64,000 bases of DNA from Anaeromyxobacter sp. (GCA_049840735.1 JASGJN010000013.1:1-64000); one strand, 5' to 3'; numbered from the stretch's first letter, positions 33,263 through 43,918 are shown. Program-made: numbers and translations. The notes: a model not told the origin generated them from the sequence alone.

Positions 33263-34855
33263 GTGTCCAAGACCAGCTCCGCCAGCCCGCCGCCCGCGCC
33301 CGCCCCCGGCATGGGCGCCAGCTTCCGCATCGCCTTCACCTCCTGGCGGACGGGGGCCGTGACGCTGCTCGCCTTCCCCTCGGGGCTGCCGCTGGGCGTG
33401 GTGCTCATCACCATCCCGTACTGGCTGCAGCAGGAGGGGATCGACATCAAGACCATCGGGCTCGTCTCGGCCGCGCAGATCCCCTACGCGTTCAAGTTCC
33501 TCTGGTCGCCCCTCATCGACCGGTTCGCGCCGCGCTGGGGCCGCAAGCGCGCCTGGATCATCCTGGGCCAGCTGCTGGTCTCGGCCACCCTGGCCGCCTT
33601 CGCGGCGATGTCGGGGAGCCCGTCGGTGGCGGTGGTGGCGCTGCTCACCGTCTTCCTGTCGTTCGCGTCGGCCACCCAGGACATCGCCTACGACGCCTAC
33701 ACGGTCGAGGTCCTCCGCCCCACCGAGCGGAACCTGGCGGTCGGGGCCAAGACCGCGCTGGCGCGCGCCGCCGCGTTCATGGGGCGCATCCTCAACACCG
33801 TCGGGCCGGCCTTCGGCTGGGCCCGCGCCTTCGCCGTGCTCGCGGTCTCGTTCCTCCCGTTCATGGCCGTGACCGCCCGGGCGCCGGAGCCGGACGCGCC
33901 GCCGGCGCCGCCGCGCACGCTCCGCGAGGCGGTCTGGGATCCCTTCGTCGGCTTCTTCCGGCAGGCGCGCGCGCTCGAGATCGCCGCGTTCCTGTTCTTC
34001 TACAAGTTCGCCGACAACCTCGCGGTCTCCCTCATCTCGCCGTTCCTGGGGCAGCTGGGCTACTCGCCGGTGGACGTCGGGCTGGCGCAGGGGCTCATCA
34101 GCCTGGTCGCCGGCATCGCCGGCACCTTCGTGGGCGGCATGCTCTGCAACGTGATGGGCACCGGCCGCGCGCTCTGGATCTTCGGCTTCCTGCAGGCCGC
34201 CTCCAACCTCGGCTACGTGGTGGTCGCGAAGGCCGGCGTGGTGCCGTGGGTCATGTACGCCGCCACCGCCGTCGAGGCCGGCACCAGCGGGCTCGGGACC
34301 GGCGCGTTCGGCATCCTCCTCGTCCGCCTGACCCAGCGGCGGTTCAGCGCCACCCAGTACGCGCTCTTCTCCAGCATCTTCGCCCTGGGGCGCACCTTCG
34401 CCGGCCCGCCGGCCGGAGCGGTGGTGGACGCCGTGGGCTGGACCACGTTCTTCTACTTCACGGTGCCCATGGCCATCCCCGGCCTGCTGCTGCTGAACCG
34501 CTTCGTGCCGTGGGGCGCCCGCGAGATCCCGGAGGCGCTGGACGAGGACGCCGCGCCGCCCACCCACGGGACGCCGGTCGGCCTGCGCGGGCTGGTGGCG
34601 CGCGCCTGCGTGGGCGCCGCGACCGGGACCCTGGTGGCCTACGCGCTGAACGTCCTGCTGCTGGCGCTCAAGCGGGCGCGCGGGGAGGCGCCGTTCGACG
34701 TCCTGGCCGCCGCCTCCGCCCTCCTCCACCCCACCCGCGCCGTGGACTGGGTGGACCTCGTGGGCCCGCCCGTCGCAGGCGTGGTGATCGGGCTGGCGGT
34801 GGCCGCCTTCGTGGCGGCGCGCCGCGGGGTGGCCCCTGCCGCCCGGCCAACCTGA
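33263..34855 (+). CDS. ampG: AmpG-like muropeptide MFS transporter
   Basis: SGLPL, PYAFKFLWSPLID, SATQDIAYDAY, FYKFAD, SATQYALFSS; start is GTG 33263 or ATG 33311. Confidence 0.88.
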   Translation: MSKTSSASPPPAPAPGMGASFRIAFTSWRTGAVTLLAFPSGLPLGVVLITIPYWLQQEGIDIKTIGLVSAAQIPYAFKFLWSPLIDRFAPRWGRKRAWIILGQLLVSATLAAFAAMSGSPSVAVVALLTVFLSFASATQDIAYDAYTVEVLRPTERNLAVGAKTALARAAAFMGRILNTVGPAFGWARAFAVLAVSFLPFMAVTARAPEPDAPPAPPRTLREAVWDPFVGFFRQARALEIAAFLFFYKFADNLAVSLISPFLGQLGYSPVDVGLAQGLISLVAGIAGTFVGGMLCNVMGTGRALWIFGFLQAASNLGYVVVAKAGVVPWVMYAATAVEAGTSGLGTGAFGILLVRLTQRRFSATQYALFSSIFALGRTFAGPPAGAVVDAVGWTTFFYFTVPMAIPGLLLLNRFVPWGAREIPEALDEDAAPPTHGTPVGLRGLVARACVGAATGTLVAYALNVLLLALKRARGEAPFDVLAAASALLHPTRAVDWVDLVGPPVAGVVIGLAVAAFVAARRGVAPAARPT

Positions 34856-34969
34856 CCGGGGCGAGAGCGCACACCCCGAGTGGCTCCGCGACGATCGAAA
34901 CGGTTCCCGTCCCTCGTTCCAGGGACTAGGATGCGCGCCACTCGGCATCATCCATCAAGGAGAAAGCAG

Positions 34970-35506
34970 ATGAAGATCCGTACCCTGGGCGGCCTCGTGG
35001 CCGCCGCCCTCCTCGCGCTCCCCGTCGCCGCCCACGCGCAGAGCGCCAACCGCCACGCCGCGCGCCCGTGGGGCGGCCTCGCCCTCGGCGTCGAGACCGG
35101 CGATCTGGACGGCTTCCAGCTCCGCGGCGACCTCGAGTACCCGGTCCAGCGGATGGCGCCCCAGCTCGTCTTCGCCTTCGTCGGCTCGCTCAACTGGTCC
35201 CATCTGTCCGAGCACAGCGTGGACCTCGACGAGCTGGGCTTCACCCCCACGGCCCGCTTCCTGTTCGAGGCCACCCCCACCATCGACCTCTACGGCGACC
35301 TGGGCCTGGGCCTCTACTACGCCAACCTGGACTGGGACACCGGCGACGACTCCGACGTCGGCCTGATGATGAAGCTGGGCGTGGGCGTGGGCTTCGAGGT
35401 CTCCCCGACGGTGCGGCTGGGCGGCGAGCTGGGCTTCCGCCCGCACTTCGGCGACTACGACGACACCACCACCTCGCTGCTCTTCACGGCGCTGTTCAGG
35501 CTGTAG
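34970..35506 (+). CDS. Outer-membrane beta-barrel protein (small, probably 8-stranded)
   Basis: RBS AAGGAG; signal peptide ending AHA; amphipathic strands; C-terminus ALFRL. Confidence 0.8.
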   Translation: MKIRTLGGLVAAALLALPVAAHAQSANRHAARPWGGLALGVETGDLDGFQLRGDLEYPVQRMAPQLVFAFVGSLNWSHLSEHSVDLDELGFTPTARFLFEATPTIDLYGDLGLGLYYANLDWDTGDDSDVGLMMKLGVGVGFEVSPTVRLGGELGFRPHFGDYDDTTTSLLFTALFRL

Positions 35507-35540
35507 CGCCCGGGCGCTCGCGCCCGTCGCGTGGAGCTCC

Positions 35541-35575
35541 AGACCCGCTCGCCCTCCCGCAGGGCGGGCGGGTCT
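35541..35575 (+). terminator. Hairpin between convergent genes
   Basis: AGACCCGCTCGCCCT / AGGGCGGGCGGGTCT stem followed by a pyrimidine run. Confidence 0.6.
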
Positions 35576-35603
35576 CTCTTCTCAGCGCCGCCCTTCGCCA
35601 GGC

Positions 35604-37202
35604 TCAGGGCGGACGGACCTCGGCTGCCCTGCCGGGTGAGCGGCGCGGCGGTCCCGCCAGCACCACCACCTCGACGGTGGCCAGCCGCTGCACCGGCGCC
35701 ACCGGCCAGAGGCCGAAGTCGCGCAGCCAGCGGTTCGCGTCGGCCTCCTTGCCGATCACCCGGCAGATGCGGAGCGCGTCGCGCCGGTCCTGCCAGGCGG
35801 GCATGGTGGGCGTGGCCCGGTGGGTGAGGCCGTAGACCGGCACGCCGCCGTGCTCCGCCGCCGTCCACGCCGAGTGCCAGACGGCGGGCCAGACGCTCCA
35901 GTAGTCCCCGGCCACCAGGTCGCAGCGCCCGGCGCGCAGGTCGGCCGTCCAGCGCCCCGCCACCGCGTCCAGGTCCGAGCGCACGCGCGGAAGGGAGGGC
36001 GGGCCGGCCGCCAGCAGCGCGGCCAGCGGGAGGGCGGCCAGCGCCGCCGGGAGCGCCAGCCTCCGCAGCCGCGGGGCCCGGGCCAGCGGCTCCGCCAAGA
36101 GCGACAGGGCCGCCAGGTGCACCAGCACCAGCGAGGGCGCGCTGTACCGCCAGTGGAAGCCATTCTCCGCCACCCAGGCCAGCGAGCCGGTCACCAGGAG
36201 ATACGCCGCGGCCGCGGCCAAGAGCGCCAGCGCGCGGAGCAGCGCCGGACCGCGCCCGCCCCGGCGGCCGCCCTCCGCGGGCGGGCCCCAGGGCAGCGCC
36301 AGGCCCAGCGCCGCGGCCCCCGCCAGCGTCCAGAGCCAGGGCAGCCCGGCCCCTTCCACGGTCCGCGCCAGCAGCCGCCCCCAGGCGGCCGGGAGCGCCG
36401 CCAGCGGCAGCGGGGTGACGTCGAGGCGCAGCGGGTGGCCGGAGAGCAGCGGGTAGAGCTGGATCAGCCCCTGCCCGGCCGCGAGCCCCAGCAGCAGCAG
36501 CCCACCGTCCACCGCCAGCCGCGCCCGCAGCGCCGGCCGCGGCGCCCCCTCCAGCGCGTCCACCGCGGCGCGCGCCACCGCCAGCGGCAGCAGCAGGAGG
36601 CCGGTGGCCGCGTTCACCCAGTGGGCGGCGAGGACCAGCAGGAGGCCGCAGACGAGCCGCAGGCGACGCCTGCCCTTCGACTCCGCGCCCGCTGTGCGGG
36701 CGCTACGCTCAGGGCGAACGGGGTCGAAGGGCCCGGCGCGAACGGATGGCGCCTCGGCGCAGGCCAGCCCCAGCAGCCCCAGCGCCAGCGACAGGCCGTA
36801 GGGTTGGTCGCCCAGGTACTCGAAGGCCCACGGCGCCGGGGCCAGCGCCAGGAGCAGGACCACCCCCAGGAGCCCGGCCGGCCGCCACTCGCGCCCGGCC
36901 AGCGCGTGGCGCGCCAGCAGCACCACGCTGCCGAGCCCGGCCAGCACCAGCAGGCCGCGCTGCAGGAGCAGGTTCCAGAGCGGATCGCGGACCGGGAGCG
37001 CCAGCAGCGGGACCAGCATCCCGTACCGCTCCTGGTCCCAGTAGAACGGCGTCCAGCGCTGCAGCGAGACCAGCACCGGCACGATGGCGTCGGCGTGCTC
37101 CTGCGCGTGGACGCGCCCCAGGTCCACCAGCGCCGCGGCGGCGGCGAGCGCCAGCAGGCAGGCGGCGGCGAAGGTCCGGGGGCGGTCGAGGGTGGACGGC
37201 AC
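35604..37202 (-). CDS. Multi-pass membrane protein, possibly GT-C fold
   Basis: About 10-12 hydrophobic segments; first loop HADAIVPVLVS..PFYWDQERYG; C-terminal soluble domain with AGDYW. Confidence 0.7.
   Translation of the reverse strand: MPSTLDRPRTFAAACLLALAAAAALVDLGRVHAQEHADAIVPVLVSLQRWTPFYWDQERYGMLVPLLALPVRDPLWNLLLQRGLLVLAGLGSVVLLARHALAGREWRPAGLLGVVLLLALAPAPWAFEYLGDQPYGLSLALGLLGLACAEAPSVRAGPFDPVRPERSARTAGAESKGRRRLRLVCGLLLVLAAHWVNAATGLLLLPLAVARAAVDALEGAPRPALRARLAVDGGLLLLGLAAGQGLIQLYPLLSGHPLRLDVTPLPLAALPAAWGRLLARTVEGAGLPWLWTLAGAAALGLALPWGPPAEGGRRGGRGPALLRALALLAAAAAYLLVTGSLAWVAENGFHWRYSAPSLVLVHLAALSLLAEPLARAPRLRRLALPAALAALPLAALLAAGPPSLPRVRSDLDAVAGRWTADLRAGRCDLVAGDYWSVWPAVWHSAWTAAEHGGVPVYGLTHRATPTMPAWQDRRDALRICRVIGKEADANRWLRDFGLWPVAPVQRLATVEVVVLAGPPRRSPGRAAEVRPP
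36672..36732. repeat. Palindromic element inside a CDS
   Basis: 10-bp inverted ends GCCCTTCGAC / GTCGAAGGGC; core CCTTCGACTCCGC-hairpin-GCTACGCTCAGG shared with 16656-16695. Confidence 0.8.
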
Positions 37203-37241
37203 GGGGCGGGAGTGTAGCCCGCCCAGGCCCCTCCGCCGCGG

Positions 37242-37952
37242 CTACTTCCGCGGCTCCCGCGCGCGCGCCTCGGCGGCCAGGGTGCGGACCGAGAAGCCCG
37301 GGGTCTGGCTGGCCTCGTCGGTGGCGGTCGAGGGGAAGGGGCGGGCCCGGGCCCGCAGCGCCTCCAGCTGCTCCGGCGGGATGCCCGGGGCGTCGCGGCG
37401 GAGCCAGGGGTCGTACTGGTACGAGACCGACGGCCCGCGCAGCAGCCGCTGCTCGTCCCAGACCTGCGCGCTGCGCTCGTAGGACGGCGGCGCGTGCTCG
37501 CCGGTGTCCATGCGGATGGCGTCCTTCGGGCAGGCCTCGACGCAGAAGCCGCACACGATGCAGCGCAGCTCGTCGATGACGAACTTGACCGGGTACTTCT
37601 CGATGGGATCGCCCTCGACCTCGCCGGCCTCGATGTAGATGCACTGGGCCGGGCAGATGGTCGCGCACATGTAGCAGGCCACGCAGCGCGGGCGGCCGTC
37701 CTCGCGCGGCACCAGGCGGTGCAGGCCGCGGTAGCCGGGCGCGTAGGGCGCCTTCTCCTCCGGGTACTGGACGGTGACGTTGTCCGACCAGGCGCCGCCG
37801 CGCTTGCGGGCCAGGATGTCCGGGTTCTTGTCCCGCGCGAAGAAGAGGTTGCGCAGGAAGTGCTTCGTGATGGCGCCGATGCCCCGGAAGATCTCCGGGA
37901 AGTACATCGACTCGCGCAGGTCCGGCGGACGGTTCTCGAGCTGGTAGGGCAT
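37242..37952 (-). CDS. nuoI: NADH-quinone oxidoreductase subunit I (cluster 1)
   Basis: [37 protein letters not shown]. Confidence 0.95.
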   Translation of the reverse strand: MPYQLENRPPDLRESMYFPEIFRGIGAITKHFLRNLFFARDKNPDILARKRGGAWSDNVTVQYPEEKAPYAPGYRGLHRLVPREDGRPRCVACYMCATICPAQCIYIEAGEVEGDPIEKYPVKFVIDELRCIVCGFCVEACPKDAIRMDTGEHAPPSYERSAQVWDEQRLLRGPSVSYQYDPWLRRDAPGIPPEQLEALRARARPFPSTATDEASQTPGFSVRTLAAEARAREPRK

Positions 37953-37955
37953 GGC

Positions 37956-39368
37956 TCAGTGTCCCGCGGCGGCGTGGGTGGTCGCGTCGGCTGCGGCCAG
38001 GGGCGAGGGGGAGCCGCTGCGGCCCACCGCGGCGGTCACCACCGCGATCGCCACCAGGGTGGCCACGCCCAGCCAGGCCAGCAGGTGCAGGGGCTGGACG
38101 CCCGTCTCCTGCTCGACCAGCAGCACGCCGGCCGTGACGAAGACGTTGGCCAGCGCCGCCGGCAGGAGCAGCTTCCAGCAGAGCTTCTGGATCTGGTCGT
38201 AGCGGAAGCGCGGCAGCAGCCAGCGGATGGTGAGCTGCAGCCACATCATGATCACCATCTTGACCAGGAAGGCCGCCGCGCAGACGGCGCCATACCAGGC
38301 CGGCTGCAGCTGCTCGCGCAGCCAGTCGCTGGAGACGAAGATGGGGTGCCAGCCCCCCAGGAAGACCGCCGTGACGATGGCGGAGAGGACGGTGATCTCC
38401 ACGAACTCGGCCAGGAACATCAGGCCGAACTTCATGCCCGAGTACTCGATGAAGTAGCCGACGATCTCGCTCTCGCCCTCCGGCAGGTCGAAGGGGGCGC
38501 GCTTGGTCTCGGCGAAGGCGCTCGCGAAGAAGATCAGGAAGCCCACCGGCTGGAGCAGGATGCCCAGCGCCGGCACCGGGCCGATCACCTGCGCGCCCTG
38601 GGCCACCACCATCTCGTCCAGGCGCAGCGTGCGGTAGGCCAGCATGCAGCCCACCAGCGAGAGGCCCAGCGAGACCTCGTAGCTGATCATCTGCGAGGAG
38701 GCGCGCACGCCGCCCAGCAGCGCCAGCTTGTTGTTCGAGGCCCAGCCGGCGAGCGAGGTGCCGTACACCTGCAGCGAGGCGATGGCGAAGACGTAGATGA
38801 GGCCGGCGTCGATGCGGGCCACCTGGAGCGGGACCTCCAGGGTGCCCGGGGCGCCGTCCACCAGCTCCTGCAGCGGGACCGGCGGGCCCACCGGGACGAT
38901 GGCAAAGAGCGCGAAGACCGGCGCGAAGGCCAGGATGGGCGCCAGCTCGTAGAGGAGGTGGGTGCGGCCGGTGGGCTCCACCCGCTCCTTGGTCAGCATC
39001 TTGAGCGCGTCGGCCACCAGGAACGGGATGCCGCCCAGCGGCAATCCGAGGACCTTGATCCGGTTGGCGCCGATCCGGTTCTGCATCATGGCCGACCACT
39101 TGCGCTCGGCCACGGTGAGCAGGGAGCCGGAGACCATCATGGCCACCAGCATCAGCGTGAGCAGGTTGCCGATGGCGGCGCCGTAGGAGAACCAGGCCTC
39201 GTCGATGGGCCGGGTCGCGACGTCCCAGCGCCAGACGCCCCACCAGTGCCCGAGGAAGTTGGTGGCGAGGCCGAGCCCCGCGGCCACGTAGTAGAAGAGC
39301 CAGGACACGCACACGAAGAGCGCGACCACCGCCGCGATGACCAGCACCATGCCCACGAAGCGTTTCAC
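37956..39368 (-). CDS. nuoH: NADH-quinone oxidoreductase subunit H (cluster 1), extended
   Basis: ERKWSAMMQNRIG, ADALKMLTKE, GWASNNK, RAPFDLPEGESE, LPRFRYDQ. Confidence 0.96.
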   Translation of the reverse strand: MKRFVGMVLVIAAVVALFVCVSWLFYYVAAGLGLATNFLGHWWGVWRWDVATRPIDEAWFSYGAAIGNLLTLMLVAMMVSGSLLTVAERKWSAMMQNRIGANRIKVLGLPLGGIPFLVADALKMLTKERVEPTGRTHLLYELAPILAFAPVFALFAIVPVGPPVPLQELVDGAPGTLEVPLQVARIDAGLIYVFAIASLQVYGTSLAGWASNNKLALLGGVRASSQMISYEVSLGLSLVGCMLAYRTLRLDEMVVAQGAQVIGPVPALGILLQPVGFLIFFASAFAETKRAPFDLPEGESEIVGYFIEYSGMKFGLMFLAEFVEITVLSAIVTAVFLGGWHPIFVSSDWLREQLQPAWYGAVCAAAFLVKMVIMMWLQLTIRWLLPRFRYDQIQKLCWKLLLPAALANVFVTAGVLLVEQETGVQPLHLLAWLGVATLVAIAVVTAAVGRSGSPSPLAAADATTHAAAGH

Positions 39369-39383
39369 GTCGGTGCCCCTCTC

Positions 39384-41147
39384 CTAAGGCCGCCGCGCCA
39401 GGGCGCGCCGGTAGTCCTCGCTCGCCTCGGGCGGCAGCCGGTCGCGGTACCCGGCCAGGCGGCCATCCACCGTCCCGGCCGCCATGGGCTGCAGGCCGGC
39501 GCGCCGCTGCAGGCGCGGCAGGTCCCAGCTGAACTCGCCCAGCGCCCCGCCCAGCTTCGGCGCGAAGGCGCGGAACACGTCGCGCGCGGTGGCGTGGGCC
39601 AGCTCCAGCCCCAGCGCCTTGCCGATGCCCGCGGCGATGGCCCAGTGCGGGCGCGACTCGCCGCGCGGGTAGTAGGCCAGCTCGAACCGCTGCGCGCGCC
39701 CCTCGAAGTTGACGAAGGTGCCGTCGGTCTCCGAGTGCGGGGCGGCGGGCAGCAGCACCGTCGCGGCGCGCGCCAGCGGGCCCTCGTTGAAGGCCTGGAC
39801 CACCAGCGTCGGGACGCCCGCCAGCGCCTCGGCGGCGGCCCCGTCGGCGGGCAGCTCGGTCCCCACCGCCCAGAGCGCCTTCACCTGCCCGGCGCCGGCG
39901 GCGGCCACCAGGTCGGCCAGCGGCCGCAGCGTGAGCCCCGCCGCCTGCGCGGCCAGCTCCAGGCCGCGGCGGTTGGGGTTCTCGTCCGCCCGCTTGAGGA
40001 AGTCGTCCTCCCAGCCCTGCCCGCGCCCGCCCACGAAGGCCTCGCTGACGCCCAGCCCGTCCTTCGCGACGGCGCAGGCCACCAGCAGGTCCTCCAGCGA
40101 GGCGACCGGCGAGAGCAGCACCGCCAGCCCGCCGGCCCTGCGCGCGTCGGCCAGCACCTCGGCGGCGCGCCTGGCGGCCTCGGGGCCGGGGAGCGTCTTC
40201 TCCGAGGCGCCCTTCCCCTCGCGCGCCAGCAGCAGCCGGTCCTTGTTGAGGTATTTGTAGGAGAGCCGGCCGTCGTCGCACATCCACTCCTGGTTGACGG
40301 CCTCGTTCTCCCGCGGGCGGTAGCGGTAGGTGGTGTCGTTCAGGTAGTCGAGGAAGGTGTTGCAGCCCCGCGAGCAGCCGGTGCAGACCGAGCGCGCCGC
40401 GCTCATGAACCAGACCCGGCCGCGGAAGCGGAAGTCGGTGCTGGTGAGCGCGCCCACCGGGCAGATGTCGACGGTGTTGCCGGCGTACTTCGAGTCGAGC
40501 GGCTGGCCGGGGAAGGTGGTGATGAAGCTCTCGTTGCCGCGCTGGGCCACGCCCAGCTGCGGCTCCTCCGCCACCTCGCGCATGAACCTCACGCAGCGGG
40601 TGCAGAGGATGCAGCGCTCCTGGTCGAGCGTGACCAGCGGGCCCAGCGGCACGCGCTTGCCCTTCGCGACCTTGGGCACGTCCAGCCGCGAGGGCTGGCG
40701 GTCGTAGGCCATGTAGTAGTCCTGCAGCTTGCACTCACCGGCCTGGTCGCAGATGGCGCAGTCGACCGGGTGGTTGAGGAGCAGGAACTCCAGCGTGGCG
40801 CGCTGCTGGTCCTTCACGCGCGGCGTGTCGGTCTTGACGGTCACGCCCTCGGCGACCGGCATCTGGCAGGCCGGCATCAGCTTGCCCATGGGCGCGTTGG
40901 ACATCTCGACCAGGCACATCCGGCAGTTGGCCGCGATGCTGAGCCGCTTGTGGTAGCAGTAGTACGGGATCTCGACGCCGACCGACTTGGCGGCCTCGAT
41001 GACGGTGGTCCCCGGCTTCACGACCACCTCGCGCCCGTCCACCATCGCGGTCACGAACCCGGGGTTCCGGGGGGGCGGCGGCGGGGGCGGGCCGGCCGGC
41101 TTGGGCGGCGCGGGGGCGGGGGCTTCCGGCTTCTTCTCGTCTGCCAT
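39384..41147 (-). CDS. nuoG: NADH-quinone oxidoreductase subunit G-like (2Fe-2S/4Fe-4S, short molybdopterin fold)
   Basis: IPYYCYH, CRMCLVE, NHPVDCAICDQAGEC, CILCTRC..CPVGAL, CTGCSRGC..MCDDGR, GTFVNFEGRAQ. Confidence 0.93.
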   Translation of the reverse strand: MADEKKPEAPAPAPPKPAGPPPPPPPRNPGFVTAMVDGREVVVKPGTTVIEAAKSVGVEIPYYCYHKRLSIAANCRMCLVEMSNAPMGKLMPACQMPVAEGVTVKTDTPRVKDQQRATLEFLLLNHPVDCAICDQAGECKLQDYYMAYDRQPSRLDVPKVAKGKRVPLGPLVTLDQERCILCTRCVRFMREVAEEPQLGVAQRGNESFITTFPGQPLDSKYAGNTVDICPVGALTSTDFRFRGRVWFMSAARSVCTGCSRGCNTFLDYLNDTTYRYRPRENEAVNQEWMCDDGRLSYKYLNKDRLLLAREGKGASEKTLPGPEAARRAAEVLADARRAGGLAVLLSPVASLEDLLVACAVAKDGLGVSEAFVGGRGQGWEDDFLKRADENPNRRGLELAAQAAGLTLRPLADLVAAAGAGQVKALWAVGTELPADGAAAEALAGVPTLVVQAFNEGPLARAATVLLPAAPHSETDGTFVNFEGRAQRFELAYYPRGESRPHWAIAAGIGKALGLELAHATARDVFRAFAPKLGGALGEFSWDLPRLQRRAGLQPMAAGTVDGRLAGYRDRLPPEASEDYRRALARRP

Positions 41148-41168
41148 GGTCGGGGTCCCGGGGCGGCG

Positions 41169-42422
41169 CTACTGCTCGACCTCGCCGCCGATCATGTTGA
41201 TGCTGTCGAAGGTGGGCACCAGGTCGGAGAGGAGCGCGCCGACCGTCATGTGCGGGAGCGCGGCCAGCATGGGCCAGCCCGGCGCGCGGAGCCCCAGCTT
41301 GTAGGGCCGGCCGCCGCCGTCGGAGACCACGTAGAACCCCAGCTCGCCGTTGGCGGCCTCGGTGTAGCTGTAGGCCTCGCCGGCCGGGACCTGGATCCCC
41401 TCCATCACCAGCTTGAAGTGGGCCATCACGCCCTCGATGGTCCCGTAGACCAGCGGCTTGGGCGGCAGGGCGAAGCGGAAGTCCTGCACGATGATGTCGC
41501 CCGGGGGCAGCTGCGCCAGGCACTGGCGCAGATCCCGGTCGGACTGGCGCATCTCCTCGATGCGCATCAGGTAGCGATCGAAGTTGTCGCCGTTGGAGCC
41601 CACCGGCACGTCGAAGTCGAGCCGGTCGTAGACCAGGTAGGGGGAGGCCTTGCGCACGTCGTAGGCCTCGCCGGAGGCGCGCAGGCAGGGACCGGTGAAG
41701 CCCAGGTCCAGCGCGTCCTCGCGGCTCACCTTGCCGGTGTTGCGGCAGCGGTCGATGAAGATGCGGTTGCGGGTGAGCAGGCCGTCAATCTCGTCGCGCA
41801 GCGCCTGCACGCGGTCGAGCGTCTGCAGGGTCTTCTCGGCCCAGCCCTCCGGCAGGTCGCGGGCCACGCCGCCGACGCGCGCGTAGTTGGAGGTGAGCCG
41901 GGCGCCGCACAGCTCGGAGAGCCGGTCCCAGAGCAGGTCGCGGGCCTCGATGCCGTAGAGGAACACGGTCATCGCGCCCAGCTCGAGCCCCATGGCGCCC
42001 ACCACCGTGAGGTGGTCGCAGATGCGGTGGAGCTCGCTCGCGAGGACGCGCAGGTACTTGGCCCGCTCCGGGATGTCGAGCTTGCACAGCTTCTCGACCG
42101 CCAGCGCGAACCCCACGTTGTTCATGATGGCGCTGACGTAGTTGAGCCGGTCCGTGTACGGGAAGCACTGCGTCCACGTCACGTTCTCGCAGCTCTTCTC
42201 GAAGCCCCGGTGCAGGAACCCGATGTCGAGCTTCATGGAGCGGATGATCTCGCCGTCCAGCTCGACCACCGCCCGCGTCACCCCGTGCATGGCGGGGTGC
42301 GACGGGCCGAGGTTCACGACCATGTTCTTCGAGGGGAGCGGCGCGTCCAGCTCGCTCTCGCCCAGCGGGCGCCGCGGCGCCTGCTGCGCCTGGAGCCCGC
42401 CCTTGCCGTGTGGATCGCTCAT
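41169..42422 (-). CDS. nuoD: NADH-quinone oxidoreductase subunit D (cluster 1)
   Basis: [37 protein letters not shown]. Confidence 0.96.
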   Translation of the reverse strand: MSDPHGKGGLQAQQAPRRPLGESELDAPLPSKNMVVNLGPSHPAMHGVTRAVVELDGEIIRSMKLDIGFLHRGFEKSCENVTWTQCFPYTDRLNYVSAIMNNVGFALAVEKLCKLDIPERAKYLRVLASELHRICDHLTVVGAMGLELGAMTVFLYGIEARDLLWDRLSELCGARLTSNYARVGGVARDLPEGWAEKTLQTLDRVQALRDEIDGLLTRNRIFIDRCRNTGKVSREDALDLGFTGPCLRASGEAYDVRKASPYLVYDRLDFDVPVGSNGDNFDRYLMRIEEMRQSDRDLRQCLAQLPPGDIIVQDFRFALPPKPLVYGTIEGVMAHFKLVMEGIQVPAGEAYSYTEAANGELGFYVVSDGGGRPYKLGLRAPGWPMLAALPHMTVGALLSDLVPTFDSINMIGGEVEQ

Positions 42423-42427
42423 GGCGT

Positions 42428-42949
42428 TCAGTCCCGGGTGGCGGGGCCGGGCCCGCGGAAGATGTCGCGCACCTCGCGCTCGGGGACCAGCGGCTGGCGC
42501 CCCTTCAGCGGGTAGTCCTTGCGCAGCGGGTGGCCCACGAACTCGTCGTACATGAACAGGCGGCGCAGGTCGGGGTGGCCCGAGAACCGGATGCCGTACA
42601 TGTCGAAGCAGTAGCGCTCGAACCAGTCGGCGCCGCGCCACACCGGCGTCACCGAGGGCACCGGCGCGTCCTCGCCCTCCGGCACCTTCACGCGCAGCCG
42701 GATGCGGGTGTTGTTGGCGACGGAGAGCAGGTTGTAGACCACCTCGAAGCGCGGCTCCTGGCCCAGGTAGTCCACCGCCGTGATGTACGGCGACAGGTCG
42801 AACCGGAGCTTCTCCTTCAGGTGCCGGCAGACGTCGAGGATGGCCTCGCGCTTCACGAAGGCGCAGTCGTCGCCGCCCACGCCCTCGTAGGCCTCGTACA
42901 CCGCGTCCGGGAAGCGCTCGACGAGCACGCTGATCACGGCCTTGGACAT
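42428..42949 (-). CDS. nuoC: NADH-quinone oxidoreductase subunit C (cluster 1)
   Basis: [36 protein letters not shown]. Confidence 0.96.
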   Translation of the reverse strand: MSKAVISVLVERFPDAVYEAYEGVGGDDCAFVKREAILDVCRHLKEKLRFDLSPYITAVDYLGQEPRFEVVYNLLSVANNTRIRLRVKVPEGEDAPVPSVTPVWRGADWFERYCFDMYGIRFSGHPDLRRLFMYDEFVGHPLRKDYPLKGRQPLVPEREVRDIFRGPGPATRD

Positions 42950-42960
42950 GGCGGCCTTCC

Positions 42961-43511
42961 TCAGCGCCCCGCGCCCGGGACGGGCGGGAGCGGCGGGTGC
43001 TTGCAATCGACCAGCTTGTGGCCCTGGTCCTGGATCTTCTGCTGCAGGAGCATGATCCGTCGAGGACCTGCTCCGGCCGCGGCGGGCAGCCGGGGATGTA
43101 GACGTCCACCGGCACGATGCGGTCGATGCCCTGCACCGTGGCGTAGTTGTCGTAGAAGCCGCCGGACGAGGCGCAGACGCCGAAGGCCACCACCCACTTC
43201 GGCTCGGCCATCTGCTCGTAAATCCGCTGCAGGATGGGGGCCTGCTTGCAGTTGACCGTGCCGACGACCATCAGCAGGTCGGCCTGGCGGGGGGAGAAGC
43301 GGGGGAGCGCCGCGCCGAACCGGTCCACGTCGTACCGGGCCGAGGCCAGCGTCATGTACTCCATGCCGCAGCAGGCGGTGACGAACGGGTACTGGAACAG
43401 CGAGTACTTGCGGGCCCAGCCCAGCCCCTTGGAGACCATCCCCTGGAGCCAGTTCTGCGCCTCGTCCCGGCGGGTGGTGATGGCCGGGATGACGTCGATC
43501 TCGGATGCCAT
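42961..43511 (-). CDS. nuoB: NADH-quinone oxidoreductase subunit B (cluster 1; frameshift near 43060)
   Basis: [35 protein letters not shown], then IMLLQQKI in the adjacent frame. Confidence 0.95.
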
Positions 43512-43528
43512 GGTGTCCTGCGACCTCT

Positions 43529-43918
43529 CTAGTCGGCCCAGTCCAGCACGCCCTTCTTCCAGACGTAGACCAGCCCTGCGATGAGGGTGGCGACGAAGAT
43601 GCCCATCGAGATGTAACCGGACCAACCGAGCCCGGGGGCATGACCTTGCGCGTCCGCCAGCAGGAGCACCGCCCACGGGTAGAGGAAGATCGCCTCGATG
43701 TCGAAGACGATGAAGAGGAGCGCCACCACGTAGAACTTCACCCCGAAGCGCTCGTGCGCCGAGCCGACCGGCTCGGAGCCGCACTCGAAGGGCGTGGACT
43801 TGACGGCGCTCGGGCGGCGGGGCCCCAGCACGTTGGCCAGCCCGACCATCAGGCCGGCGAGCCCCACGGCGACCAGCAGGACGAGGCCGATCGGGAAGTA
43901 GATCTGGAGTGGTGTCAT
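43529..43918 (-). CDS. nuoA: NADH-quinone oxidoreductase subunit A (cluster 1)
   Basis: [31 protein letters not shown]. Confidence 0.96.
   Translation of the reverse strand: MTPLQIYFPIGLVLLVAVGLAGLMVGLANVLGPRRPSAVKSTPFECGSEPVGSAHERFGVKFYVVALLFIVFDIEAIFLYPWAVLLLADAQGHAPGLGWSGYISMGIFVATLIAGLVYVWKKGVLDWAD

Noticed and set aside
34894..34908. LacI-type operator GAAACGGTTCC upstream of the beta-barrel gene
   Set aside because: Imperfect single match with no LacI-family gene in the window.
37494..42515. 1673-aa plus-strand ORF
   Set aside because: Antisense shadow of nuo cluster 1 with no recognisable motifs.
41169..43784. 871-aa NuoB-NuoD fusion ORF
   Set aside because: Created by the indel near 43060; nuoC is intact in another frame and nuoD has its own ATG at 42422.
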